A DNA stretch of 64,000 nucleotides from Camelus dromedarius (Eukaryota). The position numbers and the translations under genes were made by a program. The DNA is taken from NCBI RefSeq assembly GCF_036321535.1, contig NC_087436.1, forward strand, positions 92,692,001 through 92,756,000, given 5' to 3'. Numbering within the stretch: position 1 is the first letter of the stretch; each line of letters starts with the position of its first letter. The notes beneath the pieces were generated by a model, which did no database searches, was not told the origin of the DNA, and saw only the letters and a list, made by a program, of their open reading frames with translations. Below are positions 27,336 through 38,958 of the stretch, one piece after another.

Positions 27336-28446
27336 ATGTGTTGGACCTGAAGTTCCCAAAAAAGATGAAGACAAACTTCCGAAGAGTTTCTACCTGCCAC
27401 CAACTCAACTTCAATATTCCCACTGAGATTTTCAAAACTGGGCTGAGAGGCCATCTTGTAAAAATGCAGGAAACAGCCACTCTGTCATTTTAAACATATT
27501 ACAGAGAAGCACAGGGTGGTACAGGATGGAGTAAAGAGTTGCCGCTCCACAGGAAGTCAGGTTATATATACATCTGTCCACGTCTACAGCTTCTGGACCA
27601 TACTCAGAACTCAGTTTTGGTCCAGACAGATGTTTGGCGGTACAGTGGCCAAGGGGAACCTGAGGGGAGAAGAAAGGAAAAAACAAAGACTGCATCTGAC
27701 CCAAATCCTAAAATTCAGTCTTGATGAAAGGGATTACCGCCCCAGACTGAAGTATGCCCCATCTACAGGAACTAGGCACTTACTGTGATGTTTGATGGTA
27801 ACCTTTGGTCCTAGAAATTCCAGGACAGCCATGATTTCATATACTTTCCCCCACTGGCCCCACAAATCATTAAAATGTCCCTGAAGAACTTCCCACAAAG
27901 CTGAAAACAGAAAGCACCAGAGGTGTCAGTCACAGGGAGAAGAAAGAGAAGGGAAGGCTGGAGGAGAGGGATTCCTCCATGGGAAGCTAACTCTCAGGAG
28001 TGACGAGGAAGGGGACAGAGTGGGGTCCAGCCAGGGCACAGTGGCTGAGTCCTGGGCTGGGACCACTGTTCTTTCCATTGTTCCTGGGTTCACAGTCCTG
28101 ATTCAGTGAGCTACGTGCATATACCCAGGCATTTAAAAAGGCTGATTCTTTCTCCTCTCCCCTGAGTCATCCTATCACCTTTCAGGAAGACAAGAGGAGA
28201 AAAGCAGGCTTTAGACAAGTTGTATGACATGGTTCCACTTTTGCTAAGCATACACACAGACACACATGCACATAATAAAAAAGAACATCCAGAAGAATGT
28301 AAGTCAAGTGTTTACAGTCACTATCTCTGGATAGTGGTATTAGGGGTGAGGTTTTTGTTGTTCATCTGCATTTTTTTCTTTTTCACAATGAACACAGATT
28401 GCTCATATTTTTTAAAACGCAGAGAAGTATGTACTATATATCATAG

Positions 28447-29096
28447 AAAGGTTCCCTCCTACACTGTTGGTGGGAATGTAAATTGGTGTAGCCACTATGG
28501 AGGACAGTAGGGAGGTTCCTTAAAAAACTAAAAATAGACTTTCCATCTGATCCAGCAATCCCACTCCTGGGCATATATCCAGAGAAAACTCTAACTCGAA
28601 AAGATACATGCTCCCCAATGTTCACAGCAGCACTATATACAATAGTCAAGACATGGAAGCAACCTAAATGTCCATCAACAGATGACTGGATAAAGAAGTT
28701 GTGGTATATTTATACAATGAAATACTACTCAGACATTAAAAATAATGAAATAATGTCATTTGCAGCAACATGGATGGACCTAGAGATTATCAAGTAAATT
28801 AAGTCAAACAGAGAAAGACAAATATCATATGATATCACTTACATATGGAATCTAAAAAAAAAAATGATACAAATGGACTTATTTACAAACCAGAAACAGA
28901 CTGACAGACATAGAAAAACAAACTATAGTTACCAAAGGAGAAAGGGGTTGTGAGGAGGGATAAATTAGGAGTTTGGGATTAACATATACAAACTACTATA
29001 TATAAAATATACAAATGACAAGGATCTACTATATAGCACAGGGAACTATATTCAGTAGCTTGTAATAACTTATAATGGAAAAGAATCTGAGAAGAA

Positions 29097-29150
<54 letters not shown>

Positions 29151-29303
29151 TATGTCTATGTCTATGTCTATGTCTATGTCTATGTCTATGTCTATGTCTA
29201 TGTCTATGTCTATGTCTATATCTATGTCTATGTAACTGAATCACTTTGCCAGGCACCTGAAACTAACACAACATTGTAAATCAACTATACTTCACTAAAA
29301 AAA
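28447..29303 (+). mobile_element. L1 3' fragment (ORF2 end and 3' UTR, artiodactyl type)
   Basis: CCCTCCTACACTGTTGGTGGGAATGTAAATTGG, GATCCAGCAATCCCACTCCTGGGCATATATCC, CAACATGGATGGACCTAGAG; A-rich tail at ~29298. Confidence 0.93.
29097..29232. repeat. Compound microsatellite (TG)n(TCTATG)n inside L1 3' UTR
   Basis: About 26 TG units followed by about 14 TCTATG units. Confidence 0.97.
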
Positions 29304-32159
29304 TATACTGTAGAAAAGCCCCAGTACAAATAGTTCACATGAAAAAGAAAGTCCCTGATAAGCTAATGTTTTGTCCGCTGAATCCTGACTCACTGGTCAG
29401 AAAGCCTGGTTTGGGTTTTGGAATATATGACCAGCACATCATCCCAAGCATAAACAGACTGGTTTGAAGATGGCATGGATGTTGGGGATCGAGTATGTCT
29501 TCTCTGTCTCCTGAAGTTAATGTGCCATACCCATCCTATCATTTGATTATAAGCTTGCCAGTACAATTACTTCAGTTCAAGCGACTGGATCTTTGCAGGG
29601 GTTTCATTGCTAGGGAAAGGACTGCTTGCTATCTCTACCTAGCAGGATATGGAAAAGGCAAGGAGCAGTGATTGCTGCGTTTTGCTATTTTCTCTTTTTT
29701 CTAACTAAGAATTTTTACTGCATGTATATTCTTTCACCTCCATTGTTAGATACTGGATATTTTGGAGATGGTTAGTCACAGGTTGCCAGACCATAAAGAG
29801 CGACACTTGAACTGGACCTAGAGGGAAAGGCATTGCCCAGAAATGCTACCCTTGGAGACAGATGTAATAACTGGATGTGATGTTAGGCTGTTTCTTTCAG
29901 GGGGAGTATGTGAGTGTGTTTGGGTTGAGCACGGGGCAATTACAATAAATGAATGCATTTTTACAACTGTATGATACGTGCGTATAGCAGACAGCCAAGG
30001 GATGGACTGTCCTGGACTCCAGGGACAACTATTGCACCCCTCTTCTCCTGGGAACACGCCTTCTGCCCCTGGCTACAGCAGTAAGCATCAGACCCAGGTC
30101 AACCAATCATAATAACCATCCACAGAGATTGGCTGGTCCGAGGGGCAGGCATATGTCCCAAAGTAGAGTGAATCTGCTTCCTTGCCTGGGATTCACATAC
30201 AAGCACTGGACCAAAGGAACTCTCTTTGCCTGGATGCCAAGCTGAGGCTGAGGGCGGCTGTGTGCTCTGACATGGGGACAGATGGATCTTCAGTAGGAGA
30301 GAGTAAGGATGACTCTCAAAGAGAAGCCAAGACAAGCAGGGACAAGGAGTGGATGGGGAGGAAGGAGTCCGCCCAGCACCAACTCCTTGGTTCCAGTCGC
30401 TACAGTCTTGACTGCTGTAGCCAATCTATTACCCCTGTAACCTTCCCGATATGTCAGTACATGCAGGCCTCCGCTCCTCCAGCTGGCCTGGGCTGGGTTT
30501 ATGGAAGATACTTCGACCCAAGGATTCAGCTACCAAAACTATTTTCAAAGAGGCACTGGATCCAAACCCACATTTCTCTGTCACGAAAGGAGCTTAATTA
30601 GTTTATTCTTCACTCTAATCCATGCTGGTCTTCCACAGTTTCCTGTTCTAAGGCTACCTTCAATGGGAGTTAAAAGGCCTCAGGATTACAATGAGACATC
30701 AAATAAAGAATGTAAACGTTTTGTCATTCAGACACCCATTTCAACATTTCTCACAGCAACAACTGCTGTTAAAATAGACTTATGTTTCCTCTGTGGAATT
30801 CCCTGGCAACTGAACATAAATAAAGAAATCAGCCCTGGGGAGGGGGCCCTGGGCGTCACGGGATGACTAGGGCAGGGAGGGATGGAATTCAAGGCCCCGA
30901 AGAGAACAGTGTTTCCTGCGCTGCCTCAAAGACCCAGCACCTCCCAGGAGTGCAACCCTGACAAATATGCAGAGTGTCGTCTCTCACCATAGGAATCACC
31001 AAAGAAGCTAAAAACAGAAACATGCACTGCATAATCTCTAACCTCCGGGGACAGCAAAAACAGAGAGTTGCTGTGTCAATCTCATCTCCTCGTTACGCGT
31101 ATTACCATAAGCGCGAGCCTTTCGTTCTGAACGCCACACTTCACTAACATTTACCCGGCTCTGGCTTCTGAAATATTGAATTCCACAGTAATTTTATTTT
31201 TTGCTTTTGATCTTTACTGTTTTGCTCATTTATCCATAAACATGAGCTACTGAACTGAGTTTAAATTAAACAGCTAAGGTTAAAACCCGAGGCCATCCAG
31301 ATAGGACTCAACTGGTAGCCCAGGAAGGACCTCACTGTTGAAGTGAATAATAAGTTTTAAATGTCTAGCTTTGTATTCCTCCACATAAGGTTATTTGGTG
31401 ATGATCCACATCTTGATTTGTCGTGACACTCTGGTTTAGGAAGGGAAGAAATTTCTATGCCACGAATCTTCCTGGGTGTGGATGGTAAGAGGCGTTCTCA
31501 AGATGTGAATTTCGTTAAGTCCTCCCCTTTTGTCAGAACACTCTCTTAGAGGATAGTTCTGTGAAGGGAAATTACTAAAACCACTCTGCAAAGCAATACT
31601 TCATATCACTTGACTAATTTTAAAAGTAGCTCATTCAACCAATTTTGGCAACTGAAATATTTTCTGAAATCCAGAATAGCAAAAACTTGAGAGCAAGACA
31701 GGAACAAATCGGGAGACTGTTAAAAACAAGTCACAGCGCACTGCAGGGCGTCTTCCATTTACTGAAACCTCAGCACTGAGGGGAAAGGAGAGAACGGAGG
31801 GCTTCCGAGCCGCTGGCCGCTCACCTGCTGGCCCCAGGCCGGGGGCAGCTGTCAAACGCCGTCCTTGACCTGCCCGCCCAGTGGAGGAGGAGTGTAGTGT
31901 GATCATCCCAGCTTCACAACTGAGGACCACAGGACTCAGACGGTGCCTACTCTGCCCACAGTCACACAACCTGCCCTTATCTCAGAGTTCTAAGTGGTAG
32001 AGCCTAAGTTTGGGTCCAGGGATGCTGGTTCCATAGTGTGTGCACTTTACACAGCTTAGGAAGAGGCCAGCAGAGGAGCATAAGCTTCCCAGATCCCTCT
32101 TCTGGGCAGTTGTTCCTCTGGGATTAAGATACACCCAAAGACTTCACTTGACTGTACCT

Positions 32160-32420
32160 AATGATGATGAAGACCATGCGAAGAGCTAATCTCTCCTGAG
32201 TGCCTTCTGTGTGCCAGGCTCTGTTTATGTGCCTCGTACTGATTCTGTCCATCCTCGGAACAATGCTGCCACGTGGGCACTATTATTATTCCCGTTTTAT
32301 AGATGGGCAAACTGAGGCACTGAGGGTTAAGTAACTGGTGCAAGGACACATGGCTGGTAAAAGGAAGAGCTAACAGAAACCCAAGCGACTGGTTCCCAAG
32401 CTCACACTCCTAACTTCTAT
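32160..32420 (-). mobile_element. MIR SINE
   Basis: TTTTATAGATGGGCAAACTGAGGCACTGAGGGTTAAGTAACT; further MIRs at ~17770-17900, 22590-22780, 41500-41680, 54300-54465, 55515-55745, 57150-57310. Confidence 0.8.
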
Positions 32421-33169
32421 CCCCACACTGTACCGCCCAGACTTTTATTCAGAATAACCTCGTGCCACCCTTCTACTGGCAAAAATGAGACACCTGGGAC
32501 AAGGAGCAGCTTACAAGTGTCTAAAGGAAAAAACAGGATCTCTTTCAACTTTACTCCATAGAAAAATAAATCTATATTCTTGAAACCACATCTGTGTTCT
32601 TGGAAATCTGAAACACCTATGATAGTTTCAGTAGGCTGTAAACACATGCCCCCCAGGTTCAAGAGGACTCCCCAAGGTGGGGGGGTCACACCCATAGGTC
32701 TGTTCTTACCATCTGAATTCATAGATGACCTTTCTTGGAAAGCTAGGAGTCCCACTGGGAGAGAAAAACAAAGCAAAGCCGCTACGATTTTTCATTAAAG
32801 GTAAAATAACCTAAGTAACAGTGTTGTCATGCATATTACAGAAAATGCATTACCTGCTTTACAGAGCAGAGTGTGTCGAGAGCAAGTCAAGTCATTGTTT
32901 GCACAGGTGTATCTGTCAAGTCCAGATCAATCCTCCTAAATTTCACCAACTGGAAAGGAGAGGTAGCTAAGCATGAAACCATTTGACTCTCACTTTTGAC
33001 ATTCAAGATTGTCTTCCTTTGTCATTTCATTTTTCCCTTACATTTACAAAGAAGGCTTTTTCCTTGATTTAAGGAGCATTCTTATCCACAAAAATGGCTT
33101 TTTTAAAGGTTGAAAGAGTAGCTATTAATTCCCTCTCAAAGATGCAGTAGAGAACAGTTGCTTTTGCCT

Positions 33170-33570
33170 AGCCAGCATCCCTTCTTCTGGGAAGCACTCC
33201 CCCATGTGCAGGACCAAGGACTAGCCCATAACAGAACCCTCTGTCTCAAGCACTGAAGATTGGTCCAAGGATGGCATGTGACAGCTGCCTTTCTGCTGTG
33301 GATTTTAAGCTGGGAAGATGACACTTTGTGTCTATGGGAGGCCATCTATCATGCAACATGGAGAGATGAGAGTTAGATGGAGAGAGAGAAAATTCTGGTA
33401 TCAGTGAGCCCCTTTTCCTAATCTCAAAGACTAATTCCTGCAGTCCTGTCACCCTTCCTGGGAGATATCGTAGCATCCTTCTGAGTTGAAGAAACCAATA
33501 AATTTCCCTTTGTGCTTAATCTGGCCTGAGTTGGATTTCTGTCTCTTGCACCAAAAGAGTCATAATATAA
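33170..33570 (+). mobile_element. MLT1-type LTR (old MaLR)
   Basis: CCAATAAATTTCCCTTTGTGCTTAA...GTTGGATTTCTGTCTCTTGCACCAAAAGAGTC terminus. Confidence 0.65.
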
Positions 33571-34433
33571 AAGACTAAAAGTTTAAATCACTGTCTTGAC
33601 CTCTCACAGAGGTCGTGACTGTCTGAGTTGAATGTATTTTCCCCTCTTACAAAGGACTGAGTTTCTTCTGCACCCAATAAACCTGTTATCTTGCTAGTCT
33701 CAATCATCTTCTGCATTCAACCCATTTCTTTCCTTTTTTTTTTTTTAACACCCACTTATCCCAATGTGTACTGATCTTCCATGTGGTTACCTTGATGCCA
33801 TGATGTGTTTCATTCTAGTAACATTGCCATTGCTTCAATCAGTGGGTCTCAAGATAGCTGTATATTCAAACCATACCAAGAGTTTCTTAAACCAACAAAG
33901 CAAAAGTCCCATTCCATTCTTTTAATGGGTCTAAAGAAAGATCTGGGCAACTGTATTTTTCAAAATTCTCCCAACCAAGGTTGAGTCAGCCAAGGTTAAG
34001 ATTGGCTGACTAAAAATACATTTATATGTGCTTTTAATAATTTTTTATGTTTGATTCAACTTGTTCTCTGACCATGCCTTTGGGAGTGGAGAAGGCATAG
34101 AGGTTTTTTCCCTGTGTTATTCTCCTTCAGCATTTCCTGGGATGTGCTTGAATTCATTAAAGCATACTGGGCATCTATGGGGCATGATGGGAATGAACAA
34201 AGGTCTCTGTTCTTAACATCACTTTCACATTGGCCTTGTGATCTGTAGCCTGGCAGGAAACCATTGTTTGTGCCCAAGTGTGCATGTTGGCTGTGTGTAA
34301 TTAAGCCTTCTGTTGATGTATATTAAGTCAGACAAGTTCTGGTAGACTTGTTTTGAAAAAAAAAAATCAAACATTTGACCTTTCTGTCATTTTGGTTACT
34401 AGAGATTATCATATAATCCACCTATATGGCAAA

Positions 34434-34766
34434 TGTATTAGTTTGCTAGAGCTGCAGTCAGAGAGTACCACAAACAGAAATTTGGACACAGACAGGCACA
34501 CAGGGAGAAGGCCATGGGACAATGAAGGCAGAGATGGGGGCGATGCTTCTGCAAGCCAAGGAACGCCAGAGACTGCTAGCAAGCCAGCCACCAGCTAGGG
34601 GAGAATCATGGGACAGAGTCTTCCTCACAGCCATTCAGAAGGAAACCAATCCAGCTGATATCTTGATCCTGGACTTCTAGCCTCCAGAACTGTAAGACAA
34701 TGAATTTCTGTGGTTTAAGCCACTAGTTTGCAGTACCCTGGTATGAAGTCCTAGGAAACTAATATA
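34434..34766. mobile_element. MLT1B/C LTR 3' half preceded by an inverted copy of the LTR 3' terminus
   Basis: GCAAGCCAAGGAACGCC...GGACTTCTAGCCTCCAGAACTGTAAGACAATGAATTTCTG...GGAAACTAATATA; 34434-34475 is the same terminus in reverse. Confidence 0.75.
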
Positions 34767-35899
34767 TCCCTTACAGAAAAGCAAAGCCTATGATTCTGTA
34801 ATCGCTCACCTTTGAAGCTGCCTGCAGGGGCAGGGAAAGACCTAGAAGTTTGACTAACCTGAAAACAATAAGTTAAAGGATTCTTGCTGATACTCATGTG
34901 ACACATGAAGTTTATTACCAGCTGCTTTTTGAAGACAAAAGAAGAGGACAAAAAACAAAACAAAACAAAACATTCCTCTTTCCTAGTCTAGAAAACTGAC
35001 ACAAAAAGCCTAGCTGCTTGGACATTACAGAAGTCAGCAGTAAAGTTATTACAATTTGATCAGTAGAAACATATTTCTATTGGTTTTCAAAAGTAAGTAC
35101 TTAGAGAATTTTGTTAGTAAATCATGAAATACTCCAGGCAACCAAGACAAATCCAGTTGCTTTTTTGGTTGGGGACATATGGCATGAATTAATTTGTAAA
35201 AAATCCTGTAAAGTGTACAATACGTGATGTTGCAAACCCTTAAGTTGCCAGTATTAAAGATTGTATTTTACTGGCTCATTTCAAACCTTCTCCATGGAAG
35301 CTGGTCCTCTTGTGGCACCGTGGAATAAAACGCTGGCTTAAACACTAATTACCGTTAGGAACTGATGGTTTCCTATTGCAATACAGTACTCATATAAAGA
35401 AATTAAGAGAGGGCAGAATGGAAATTGATCTTGATGGTGGAGACTGAAAACTCTACCTGGAAACGAAAACACCACAGTTCAACTTAACGTAACTACATCT
35501 CATCAACTTTCTCTTAATGACTTGTTCCTCTTTTCTTCCCTCCTGGCTTTAATGGCCAACTTTATTCTCATATATTTCTCAAGTTCATACTTCTCTCCAG
35601 GGTGCTTTCAGCTCCTTGGGAGGAATGTTCTTTTAGAAATTGAAGGGAAGTGAAAAATAGAGACTAAAAGATTAAATTTACTAAGCTTGACAAGTTATAT
35701 TTGCTGCTTTGATCAAACAGAATCTTGACTTGAGTTAAACTCTTCAATGATTTGTTTTGTGACTTTGGGGAAATTTCTTCAATTCCTTGTTCTCTAGTTC
35801 TCTTCACTTTAAGGGAAATAGTCCCAACATCATAACATTGGAAGGACCAACAAACAAATAAACGAATCCATTATCATGACCCAATTAGACAATAATAGT

Positions 35900-36203
35900 C
35901 AATGCTGGTATTGTCTTGGAGCTGAAGGGAAAGAGGTGCTCTCTTTTCACACAGGTGACAGCTGCTGGTGGTCACATGAACACCACAAAGCAAGAGGCTG
36001 CCAGAGAATGAATCAATACACAAAAAAACTGCAGGCGAGAAATGGAGAGAGGTAGGTTCCTAATAACACCATATGAGCTCTCATCCCTGCGCTATACCAG
36101 ATATACCTCCAGTTTTCAGGGTCTTGTGAGCCATAAACATCTTTATTTAATCCATTTGCATTGGGTTTCTGTCACTTGGTACTGAAAGAGTCCTAATGAA
36201 TAT
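35900..36203 (+). mobile_element. MLT1-type LTR fragment
   Basis: GTGAGCCATAAACATCTTT...TTGGGTTTCTGTCACTTGGTACTGAAAGAGTCCTAAT terminus. Confidence 0.6.
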
Positions 36204-36549
36204 AGAATCCTATTAGTGAGAAAAATAGTAATTAGATCAAAGATGACTGTCCTTTTCTACAGTTTAAAAGGCTGAATCTATTTCAAAAAGTCCTGGAAAC
36301 CTTCCTGAATATATTCTGCATTTATCTACCTCATTCCATCAAAACTATGCCACACTGGTCCAGGCAGTCTCAGCTCTCATTTTTGCTACACCAGAGGCTC
36401 CAAAAGTCATTCATTCATCCAACAAATGTTCATTGAGCCTCTACTCTGAGCAAGGTGCCATTTCAGATGCTATAAACTCAAGGTGCAGGATAGACAAAAG
36501 TCCCTGTCCTCAAGGAGTTTCTAATCACAGGAAACACAATAAATATGTG

Positions 36550-36962
36550 CAGTCACTCCTCAGCATTGGTTCCAGGACCTCTTGTGGATACCAAGATCCT
36601 CCGATTCTCCAGACCCCTACACAAAATGGCTGCTCAAGACCCCCACAGAAAATGGCTGCTCAAGACTCCCACAGAAAATGGCTGCTCAAGACCCTCCACA
36701 ACATGGCTACTCAGGACCCTCACACAAAATGGCTGCTCAGGACCTTATACAAAATGGCTGCTCAAGTGTCCCCACACAGAATGGCTGTTCAAGACCCTAT
36801 ACAAAATGGCTGCTCAGGACCCTACATAAAATGGCTGCTAAGTCACTACACAAAATGGCATAATACAGTCAGCCCTTGGTATCAGAAGATCGAATTTCAA
36901 AATTCAATCCTCGGTTGGTTAAAATAGCAAATGCGGAACCCAAGGATCTGGAGGGCTGACTG
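36550..36962. mobile_element. MER2-like Tigger (Tc1/mariner) MITE with internal tandem expansion
   Basis: Left end CAGTC...ATTGGTTCCAGGACC...GGATACCAA and right end GGTTGGTT...ATGCGGAACCCAAGGATCTGGAGGGCTGACTG followed by TA match recalled MER2-family ends; inserted into an L2. Confidence 0.8.
36605..36859. repeat. Minisatellite, ~10 units of 24-27 bp (consensus TGCTCARGACCCYACACAAAATGGC)
   Basis: Units read directly from the sequence; periodicity also shows in three overlapping repetitive ORFs (KMAAQDP / QNGCS / KWLL). Confidence 0.97.
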
Positions 36963-37499
36963 TACAATGTACAGTATATAGCATGGCAGACTGTGATAGG
37001 CGCTGGATAGAAGGGGAGATAAGGAGTATGGGGGAGGGGAGGCTGGGTTGCAATTGTAAACAGGGTGATTAGTGAAGACCTCACTGAAAGAGCAATACTA
37101 AAGCAAAGACTGGGAAGAGATAAGGTAGGGAGTTATGTAGGCATCTGCAGAAAGAACATTTTAAGTAGACGGAAACTTGAGAGTAAGAATCCTGAGGCAG
37201 GACATTTGGGGCCTGTTCAGGGCCAACGAGGCAGGAGTGGAGTGAGGAAGGGAACGGAAGGAATGAGGTCCCAGAGGCAAGGGGTAATTGTAGATTCCGA
37301 GGGGCCTTAAGTAGGCAACTACATGGCTTTGAATTGTACTCTAATGAAGAGGAAGACAATGGAGGGCAGCAGAGAGACACGACTGTATTGGGAAAGGGTT
37401 ACTCGGACACTGTTTAAAAACAATCTCCCTGCTGCTAGTCTGAACCTCTGCAGTCTATTGTCCACCAAGCAGAATGAACCTTGTAAAATATTACAGAAG

Positions 37500-37935
37500 G
37501 ACCCAGGAATAGACTCCAGGACATTTACTCCCAGAGAAATAAAACTTACATCCACACAAAAACCTGTCCCTGGCTATTCAGAGCACCTTTTTTGCAATAG
37601 TCCCAAACTTGAAGCAACCAAAATGTTCTACAACATGTGAATGGTTGAACAGTGGGATATCCACTGTGGAATACTACTCAACAATGAAAAGGACCAAACT
37701 ATTGATACAACAACATGGATGGATTTCAAGGGCATTAAGTTTAAGTGGAAAAACCTCAAAAGACCACATATTGCATGATTCCACTTACGTAACTATAGTT
37801 ACATGAAATGTGCCCATGGGAGGAAATGGATGAAGTGTACCTGGGACCTCTCTGCACGATCTTTGCAACTTCCTGCAAGTCCGTATTTCAAAATAACAAG
37901 TTTAGAACCTGTAACTCATTCAAAATAAAAAGTTT
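37500..37935 (+). mobile_element. Old L1M 3' fragment
   Basis: GACCCAGGAATAGACTCCAGGACATTTACTCCCAGAGAAATAAAACTTACATCCACACAAAAACCTG...GGAATACTACTCAACAATGAAAAGG. Confidence 0.75.
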
Positions 37936-38259
37936 TCTTTAAAGCATTGTAGGAAAGAAATTGTGTTTCACTGGAAAACTATGCCTTGTCTACATACAGC
38001 ACACCCTCCTCGATTATCTGAACAGATAGACGTGCAAACCGTCCCTCCTGGTAGAGGTTTCCTTCCCGCCCTCACACACACCTGCCACGGGAAAACCAGT
38101 TTACACACAAAAAAACCATTTACACATTCAGTTCAACATTCCGTTATCCCACGCCAAATTGTCACCTGACACTGAGCAAATTAAATAAAATCTTTAACAT
38201 CTGTTCATTTTTATGTATGGGAATCATGATTTTACCTTTTGTGAAAATTTTCTTTTAAG

Positions 38260-38958
38260 AACATAAATCTGGTCATGTCACTCACCAGCTTAACTGCCTC
38301 CAAGCTTCCCACTGCATTTAGAATGAAGCTCAAACGTTTCCCCAGATGGACAAGGCCCTGCCCAGCCAGGGCCCCGCCTGCCTCTCCAGCCTCATCTCCT
38401 CACTCTGCCTCTTGCCAGGACTCTCCGACTGCCCGCCCGTCCTTCAGCTCCCTGAGAACATCAAGCTTGTTCCCACCTTATGGCTTCTATGCCTGTTGTC
38501 CCTCGGCCCGGACTGCTCTTGTCAACCACTGCTCTTTTTCACAAACAACCTCTCAGCTCAATTGTTCCACGTCAGAGAGGTCTTCTCAATCACTCTATCA
38601 AAAGTAACATTTCCACTCCATTTTTTCCATCATAATTATTTCTATCTGAAATAATAATAATAATAACAACAACAACAGCAACAATAATAATAGTATTATT
38701 ATGTTTTATATTAACATTTTAAATATTATAGCATGTTTATTACATAAGCATACTATATTTATCACATATTTTATAAATCTGTGTTTGTTATATAAATATA
38801 CTAATATTGTTCTGTTAGTTCCTGGTTCATTTGTTTATTATCTACCCACCCCAAATCTATATTAGTAGGATCCTGGAATTTGCCTTCACTATATCCTCCA
38901 GTGTTTAGAAAGGTCCCTAGCACACAGTAGGCACTCAATAAATATTTGTTGAATAAAT
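38260..38958 (+). mobile_element. L2 3' fragment with AT-rich (AAT)n(AAC)n insert
   Basis: AAATCTGGTCATGTCACTC...; terminus CACACAGTAGGCACTCAATAAATATTTGTTGAATAAAT. Confidence 0.75.

Larger units (their letters stand above)
36408..37430 (-). mobile_element. L2 fragment interrupted by the Tigger MITE
   Basis: TCATTCATTCATCCAACAAATGTTCATTGAGCCTCTACT...CCCTGTCCTCAAGGAG tail; resumes GAAGACCTCACTGA... Confidence 0.7.

Noticed and set aside
29029..29256. His-Arg/His-Thr repeat peptide
   Set aside because: Translation of the microsatellite inside an L1 3' UTR
36605..36859. CRISPR-like regularly spaced repeat
   Set aside because: Units are contiguous with no unique spacers, derive from a MER2 segment, and lie in mammalian DNA with no cas genes
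36433..36927. Three overlapping repetitive ORFs (164, 94, 93 aa)
   Set aside because: By-products of a stop-poor minisatellite; unit lengths vary and do not preserve frame
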